This document shows, one piece after another, positions 35,236-40,211 of a stretch of 40,211 nt of DNA; position 1 is the first letter of the stretch; each line of letters begins with the position of its first letter. A program made the position numbers and the translations under genes. The notes beneath the pieces are model-generated. The model had not been told where the DNA came from, ran no database searches, and saw only the letters and a program-made list of their open reading frames with translations. The stretch lies in contig DASQGS010000181.1 in NCBI GenBank assembly GCA_035632455.1, forward strand, positions 1 through 40,211. The letters run 5' to 3'. This stretch comes from Thermoanaerobaculia bacterium (GTDB taxonomy: Bacteria > Acidobacteriota > Thermoanaerobaculia > Gp7-AA8).

Positions 35236-37347
35236 TCACGACGGAGCGGAGTCGGTCCACTTGCGAATCGATTCGAGGAGGTAGTCGTTGCCCATAAACG
35301 ACACGATGTCGCCGACGCGGCGGCCGATGAGTGCCTTCGCGACATCCGACTGGAGTGAATAGATTCCGCGCTCGGGCGCGGATTCCCATGGGCCAAGGAT
35401 GGTGATCTCGCGGCGAATGTCGCCGTTCGAGACTCCGACCTTCGTGCCCACTCGGACGGCCGTGATGTCGATCGCGGCCGGGTCGAGGACGCGAACCCGC
35501 GAGATCTCGCTCGAGAGCTCGCCGACGCGCGCGGACAGATATTCGGCGCGCTGGCGGGCGGCCTTGTACTCGAAGTTCTCGCGAAGGTCGCCCATCTCGC
35601 GCGCCGCCTGGATGGCTCTCGAGTTCTCGGGAATCTCGACGCGCTTGAGATGATCGAGCTCGGCGCGCTTCTTCTCCAGCATCTCCGCCGTCGCGTACAC
35701 AGGCTCGGATTGCGGCTCGCGAAGCGCCGGATATTTCATGATCAGCGCGTTCCGCAGATTCTCGCGGCGGTATTCCTCCAGGCTGCCGTAGCGCTCGAGC
35801 GAATCGAACAGCTTTCGGGCCTGCTCCTCGTTGTCTTCGGCCATGACGATCCGGGAAGCCAGACCACCCGTGTCGAAGATGTCTTTGAGTCGGGGGCGAA
35901 CCGCGGCGAACTCATCCGATCCGATGGCGTCGAGAACCTGGAAAAGCAGCGCATACGTGGCCTTGTCGCCGAGCGAGTCGTCGTCGGCCACTCGCTTGAC
36001 GTGCCACTGGAAGGCGCGCGGATGGCGGCGCGGATATCGCAGCGTCTCGTCCACGAGCCGGTCGCGCATCTCGGTCTCGCCTGCATTCTCGAGCGTTGAG
36101 ATAATCAGCGAGAGAATGCGTGGCTCGTCGTCGAGGAAGAAGACCTCGCCGAAGACCTTCGTCCAATCGGGGTGGCTCGCGCGAACGCTGCCGAGGGCGC
36201 GCTCGCGAAGAGGCTTGTCGCCGATGGCCGCAACAGTGCGCGATGCCATCGGTCCTCCGAGGAGCGACGCTGGATCGATGCTCGTCCCACGATCGCCGGG
36301 CATCGCTTCGAGCACGGCCAGAATCTGCCAGGCCATCGCTTGATCGCTTCTGGCCAGTTTGGTGGCCTGAACCTGGAGCACCGAGGCGAAGTGGTCTCCG
36401 AGCTCCTTGCTGCGGCTGCTGTGCTTGCGGGCGAGATCGAGCTTGGACTTGACGTCGGCTGCGTCGAAGTCGCGGCGGATGGTTTTCTCCGCATCATCCG
36501 CCGAGGCGTTCCAGGAGTACGTGGCCTTGGCGCCGGTGCCGCTGACGACGATCTGCGGGTTCTTGCGCGCCGAGGTCCACCAGCCGCTCCACTTGTCCTC
36601 CGGCACGATCCCTATCATGGCGTCGCGAGCCTCCGGCATGGTCATGGGACGGCCGAAGCTCTGCAGGAGGCGGGCGAATGTATCGGCCGGCTTGGCCTTG
36701 GCCTCGGCTCTGAGGCGGTCGGGAGCTGTGAACTTCTCGTGCAGCAGATGGCTGGGCGGAACCGGCGTCAGGAACTTTGCCGCGGCGCCGAGCGGCACGG
36801 AGACGCGCTTCTCTTTCTCGAAATCGAGCCGGCAAATGCCGAGCTCAGGGTTCAACTCGGTGACGATCCCCGCTCCGCGGCCGGCCATGAAGTAGGTCGC
36901 GCCTTCATCGTACTGGAGCCACGCCTCGATCTTCTCCGCGCGCTCGACGGGATTGCTGGCCGGATCGCTGAAGCCGGCAAAGTCGAACACACGCTTGAAG
37001 TTCTTTCGATCGGAAAACGCCCCTTTGAGCGCCTGCTCGATCGGGCCGCGGAAGTTCGCGGGATGCTTCGACATCCTGCCGAGCTCTTTCAGCACTTGCA
37101 GGCGCTGTGGCCAGAGCTTCCGCTCGAGCAGCGAGTCGGAGAGGAGGCCGATCAACGTGTCGGATTGGGTTCGCTGCTCTGCTTTCCGAAGTTGCTTCGC
37201 CACGCGGAGGAATGCCTCGGTATTTGAGGCGTCGGATTCGAGCTCGGACATCCAGAGCGATTCGACGTCGTCAAATTTCTTTTGCTCGATCAGAGCATTC
37301 GCATCTTCCGCAAACCCCAAAGCGATTCCCCCCGCAAGGTGTGACAT
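35236..37347 (-). CDS. Large GreA/GreB-family protein: ~550-aa unknown N-terminal region plus a C-terminal Gre-like module
   Basis: ATG 37347 (MSHLAGGIALGF...). The C-terminal ~150 aa read LEKKRAELDHLKRVEIPENSRAIQAAREMGDLRENFEYKAARQRAEYLSARVGEL...VGTKVGV...ITILGPWESAPERGIYSLQSDVAKALIGRRVGD, matching the Gre coiled-coil and FKBP-like domains. Confidence 0.8.
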   Translation of the reverse strand: MSHLAGGIALGFAEDANALIEQKKFDDVESLWMSELESDASNTEAFLRVAKQLRKAEQRTQSDTLIGLLSDSLLERKLWPQRLQVLKELGRMSKHPANFRGPIEQALKGAFSDRKNFKRVFDFAGFSDPASNPVERAEKIEAWLQYDEGATYFMAGRGAGIVTELNPELGICRLDFEKEKRVSVPLGAAAKFLTPVPPSHLLHEKFTAPDRLRAEAKAKPADTFARLLQSFGRPMTMPEARDAMIGIVPEDKWSGWWTSARKNPQIVVSGTGAKATYSWNASADDAEKTIRRDFDAADVKSKLDLARKHSSRSKELGDHFASVLQVQATKLARSDQAMAWQILAVLEAMPGDRGTSIDPASLLGGPMASRTVAAIGDKPLRERALGSVRASHPDWTKVFGEVFFLDDEPRILSLIISTLENAGETEMRDRLVDETLRYPRRHPRAFQWHVKRVADDDSLGDKATYALLFQVLDAIGSDEFAAVRPRLKDIFDTGGLASRIVMAEDNEEQARKLFDSLERYGSLEEYRRENLRNALIMKYPALREPQSEPVYATAEMLEKKRAELDHLKRVEIPENSRAIQAAREMGDLRENFEYKAARQRAEYLSARVGELSSEISRVRVLDPAAIDITAVRVGTKVGVSNGDIRREITILGPWESAPERGIYSLQSDVAKALIGRRVGDIVSFMGNDYLLESIRKWTDSAPS

Positions 37348-37525
37348 TGCCGAGCGCAGTTGCCGGGCGGGCGCCCGGCGCGCGCGGGCGCAGATTGTAA
37401 CCTTCGGCAGAGGAAAAAGCGCGGGCCGGCGGATATTCCTTGACGGAGGCGCCGGAATACGCCCCGCCATGACCACGTTCCCGCCGCGGACCCATCACCG
37501 GACAATCGACAGATCGAGGAGAATC

Positions 37526-37684
37526 ATGGCCGAGAACAAGGCTCACGAGCTATTGCGGAAGCATAACGTCACCGTTGAGGACATCAAGGAAGGGCGCACG
37601 ACCATGCACCACCTGCGCCGTATGGTCCACGCGGACGAGCTTCCGTTCGACGTGTTCAGGGCGCTCGTGAAGATGCGCAGGTAG
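37526..37684 (+). CDS. Possible small protein (52 aa)
   Basis: ATG 37526 follows GAGGAGAA: MAENKAHELLRKHNVTVEDIKEGRTTMHHLRRMVHADELPFDVFRALVKMRR. No family recognised. Confidence 0.4.
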   Translation: MAENKAHELLRKHNVTVEDIKEGRTTMHHLRRMVHADELPFDVFRALVKMRR

Positions 37685-37698
37685 GGCAGCGAGCTGTG

Positions 37699-37897
37699 AA
37701 AGCAGTGAGCAGTTGTCAGTTGTCGGGAAAAGCAGTGAGCAGTTGTCAGTTGGTCGGTGGTCAGCAAGGCTGGCGCTCGCGGTCGCTGCAACGACTCACC
37801 GCTCTCCAACCCGAAGACAAAGGCTGATCGCCGCTCTTCTGACAACTGACCACTGCTTCTCCTGACCACTGACCACTGACAACAGATCACTGCTTCA
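37699..37897. repeat. ~200-nt compound palindrome of the CAGTGGT/CAGTTGT family filling the convergent junction before mpl
   Basis: The left arm carries AAAGCAGTGAGCAGTTGTCAGTTG twice (37699-37722 and 37729-37752, 24/24 identical) and then GTCGGTGGTCAG. The right arm (37839-37897) is CTGACAACTGACCACTGCTTCT CCTGACCACTGACCACTGACAACAGATCACTGCTTCAG, an imperfect reverse complement with two sub-units. The mpl stop (37887-37889) lies inside the AAGCAGTGA head. Confidence 0.88.
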
Positions 37898-39323
37898 GCC
37901 ACTCCAGAATCTTCTCGTGCACGCCGCCGAAGGCACCCGAGGACATGATCAGCACCACGTCGCCTTCCTTCGCCTCGGAGGCCACATGTGCGGCAAGCGC
38001 ATCGAAATCGTCGATCTGTTCCGCGGGGATTCCATCGGCAACGAGGCGGCGGATGATGGTCTCCACCGACATCATCTTGTCGATGCCGTAGCGGGTCTCG
38101 TAGCGGCCGCGGTGGAAGACCGGCCCGATCACCAGGCGATCGGCCGCGTGGAATGCATCGACATACGCGGGCTCGAACTCCTTGCGCGCCGAGGAGATCG
38201 AGCGCGGCTCGAACAGCGCCCAGATTCGCTGACCCGGATAGCGCTTTCGCGCGCCGTCGAGCGTCGTGGCGATCGCTGTCGGGTGGTGCGCGAAGTCGTC
38301 GATCACCGTGACTCCTCGCTCCACGCCGCGTACTTCCATCCTCCGCTTGATCCCTCGGAACGATTCCAGCCCGCGCTGGATCTCCTCGGCTGAGAGTCCC
38401 GCGTCGTGCGCGACCGCGATACAGGCCAGAGCATTGAGCACGTTGTGCTGCCCAGACAGCGTGGTCGTGAAGCGAAACCACTCGCGCCCTTCCCGCTGCG
38501 CTGTAAACGCCGCACCGCTGGGAACGAGGTCGATTCCGCCGGCGGACCAGTCGTTCGTCCGCGCCATCCCGAATGTGAGCCAGCGCGCTCTGGCGTCGCT
38601 GCGAAGGCTCAGTACCCGCGCATCGTCGCCGTTCGCAACGATCAAGTCGCCCGGCGCGACCCGCTGCACGGCCAGCCGAAACGCGTCGACGATCGCGTCG
38701 AGGCTGGGGAAAATGTCGGCGTGATCGAACTCGATGTTGTTGACGATCAGCGAGCTGGCACGGTAGTGCAGAAACTTCGGTCCCTTGTCGAAGAATGCGG
38801 TGTTGTACTCGTCTCCCTCGATGACAAAGTCCGGACCTGTGCCGAGCTTGAAGTTCTGGTCGAAGTTGAGCGGGATACCGCCGACCACCATGCTCGGATC
38901 GCGTCCCGCCGCCTCCAGAATCCAGGCCATGAGCGACGTGGTCGTCGTCTTTCCGTGCGTGCCGGTTACGACGATGGAACGCTTACCCTTGATGAAAAGG
39001 CCATAAATCGCCTCCGGCATCGATGTGTACGGCAGGTCCATCTCCAAGGTAGCAGCCGCCTCGGCGTTCGTGGACGCCGCCGCGTTCCCAATCACCACCA
39101 GGCCGGGCTGTGACCTCTCCAGGTGCTCTTTCGTATATCCTTCCAGCACGGGGATCCCGAGTCGTTCCAGGTATGTCGACATCGGGGGATAGACATGCTC
39201 GTCGGAGCCCGACACCCGGTAGCCGCGTTGCTGTAGCATGCCGGCCAGCGAAGCCATCGCCGTCCCGCAGATCCCGATCAGATGGACACGCTCGACGGGG
39301 CTAGGTTCTTTGACGTGAGGCAT
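37887..39323 (-). CDS. mpl: UDP-N-acetylmuramate:L-alanyl-gamma-D-glutamyl-meso-diaminopimelate ligase (Mpl; MurC paralogue)
   Basis: 478 aa: VHLIGICGTAMASLAGMLQQRGYRVSGSDEHVYPPMSTYLERLGIPVLEGY (compare E. coli Mpl ILGICGTFMGGLA...GSDANVYPPMSTLLE), GTHGKTTTTS. Confidence 0.9.
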   Translation of the reverse strand: MPHVKEPSPVERVHLIGICGTAMASLAGMLQQRGYRVSGSDEHVYPPMSTYLERLGIPVLEGYTKEHLERSQPGLVVIGNAAASTNAEAAATLEMDLPYTSMPEAIYGLFIKGKRSIVVTGTHGKTTTTSLMAWILEAAGRDPSMVVGGIPLNFDQNFKLGTGPDFVIEGDEYNTAFFDKGPKFLHYRASSLIVNNIEFDHADIFPSLDAIVDAFRLAVQRVAPGDLIVANGDDARVLSLRSDARARWLTFGMARTNDWSAGGIDLVPSGAAFTAQREGREWFRFTTTLSGQHNVLNALACIAVAHDAGLSAEEIQRGLESFRGIKRRMEVRGVERGVTVIDDFAHHPTAIATTLDGARKRYPGQRIWALFEPRSISSARKEFEPAYVDAFHAADRLVIGPVFHRGRYETRYGIDKMMSVETIIRRLVADGIPAEQIDDFDALAAHVASEAKEGDVVLIMSSGAFGGVHEKILEWLKQ

Positions 39324-39445
39324 TCGTTTCCTCGTTTCGGAGAGACCTGGCGGCGGCCGGCCCGAAGGGAATGGCCCGGCCGGACCGCTCTGTTCGGAAG
39401 GGCGATCCTAAACCCAAGGTTGTTCAACACAGGAGGATTTTCAGT

Positions 39446-40211
39446 ATGTCGTCGAAGCGCATTCTCGTGGTCACGCTTGCCTTCCTGGTTTCGTTGACCG
39501 CCTCGCTGACCATGGGCGCGGACGCGCCGAAGGCCGGCGCCAAGGCGAAGAAGAACGATACCGAAGGATCGAGCAAGGCAGTAGCGGGCGACTCCAAGTC
39601 CGAGGAGAAAGCCCCCCGTCTCACCATCGTCGAACCGGTCAAGGACTACGGCACGGTGCCGAAGGGCGACAAGCTCGACTGGTCGTTCGAGATCAGGAAC
39701 ACCGGCACGGCCGACCTGCAGGTCATAGCGGCCAAGCCCGGCTGCGGCTGCACGGTCGCTGATTTCGACAAGCTCATCAAGCCCGGAGGGACCGGCAAGG
39801 TCACCGCGCACGTCGATACGACGAACTTCGCGGGCCCGATCTCGAAGGGCATCACTCTCGAGACGAACGATCCGTCGACTCCGACCTCGCAGCTCACCAT
39901 CCATGCCATCGTGAAGCCGTTTGTGGAGGCCTACCCGGCAGGGTTCGTCCGCTACAACCTGCTGCAGGGCGACGCCGAAACGCAGAGCGTCACGCTCTAC
40001 TCCGAGGAAGACGATCCGTTCGAGATCGTGAAAGTCGAGTCACCTGACGCCTGGACCAAGGTCGCGTATCACAAGATCGACAAACCGGAGGATCTCGCCA
40101 AGGAAGTCGGGAAGCCGGGTCAGAATCAATACAGGCTCGACATCACCGTCGGCGGACCTGACGTCAAGCTCGGCCCAATCGCGGATCGCATCCACATCGT
40201 CACCAACTCCA
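39446..40211 (+). CDS. DUF1573-domain secreted protein, 5' part (runs off the window)
   Basis: AGGAGG lies 9 nt before ATG 39446. The signal peptide is MSSKRILVVTLAFLVSLTASLTMGA. It continues ...DYGTVPKGDKLDWSFEIRNTGTADLQVIAAKPGCGCTVADFDKLIKPGGTGKV...ITLETND, the DUF1573 pattern. Not in the ORF track because there is no stop within the window. Confidence 0.8.
   Translation, partial: MSSKRILVVTLAFLVSLTASLTMGADAPKAGAKAKKNDTEGSSKAVAGDSKSEEKAPRLTIVEPVKDYGTVPKGDKLDWSFEIRNTGTADLQVIAAKPGCGCTVADFDKLIKPGGTGKVTAHVDTTNFAGPISKGITLETNDPSTPTSQLTIHAIVKPFVEAYPAGFVRYNLLQGDAETQSVTLYSEEDDPFEIVKVESPDAWTKVAYHKIDKPEDLAKEVGKPGQNQYRLDITVGGPDVKLGPIADRIHIVTNS

Overview
GC-rich bacterial chromosomal window. Gene content and repeat types look Acidobacteriota-like, but that is inference only. 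From the left it holds: (1) the 5' end of a selD gene whose catalytic residue is an in-frame TGA (selenocysteine), so the ORF track misses it; (2) a signalling island at about 1.9-14 kb with an RsbW/RsbV-like partner-switching pair, a PAS histidine kinase, a receiver, a frameshifted EAL gene, and a complete chemosensory operon (CheY-like, coiled-coil/GAF, CheD, CheA, MCP, CheW, CheR, CheB); (3) a tightly coupled operon of uncharacterised envelope proteins (DUF1844, TPR/zinc-ribbon polytopic protein, DUF4388::pseudopilin-like fusion, DAG-kinase-like lipid kinase) followed by htrA; (4) housekeeping genes (lepA, tsaD, valS, birA, mpl, quinone oxidoreductase, SDR) mixed with glycosyltransferases, a GGDEF cyclase, a giant GreA-like protein and an orphan antitoxin. 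The most striking signal is not in the genes. Almost every operon 3' end carries a long intergenic element made of short (7-8 nt) tandem repeats. Four of the five convergent gene junctions are filled from stop codon to stop codon by 115-200 nt compound hairpins, each built from a different repeat unit. At least three dispersed repeat families recur in the window: the CAGTGGT heptamer family, the CACGCGAAGACGCGAAGG family, and the GTCATCCTGAG...GGATCTCC REP-like family. Many long ORFs in the track are antisense shadow ORFs typical of high-GC DNA and were rejected.
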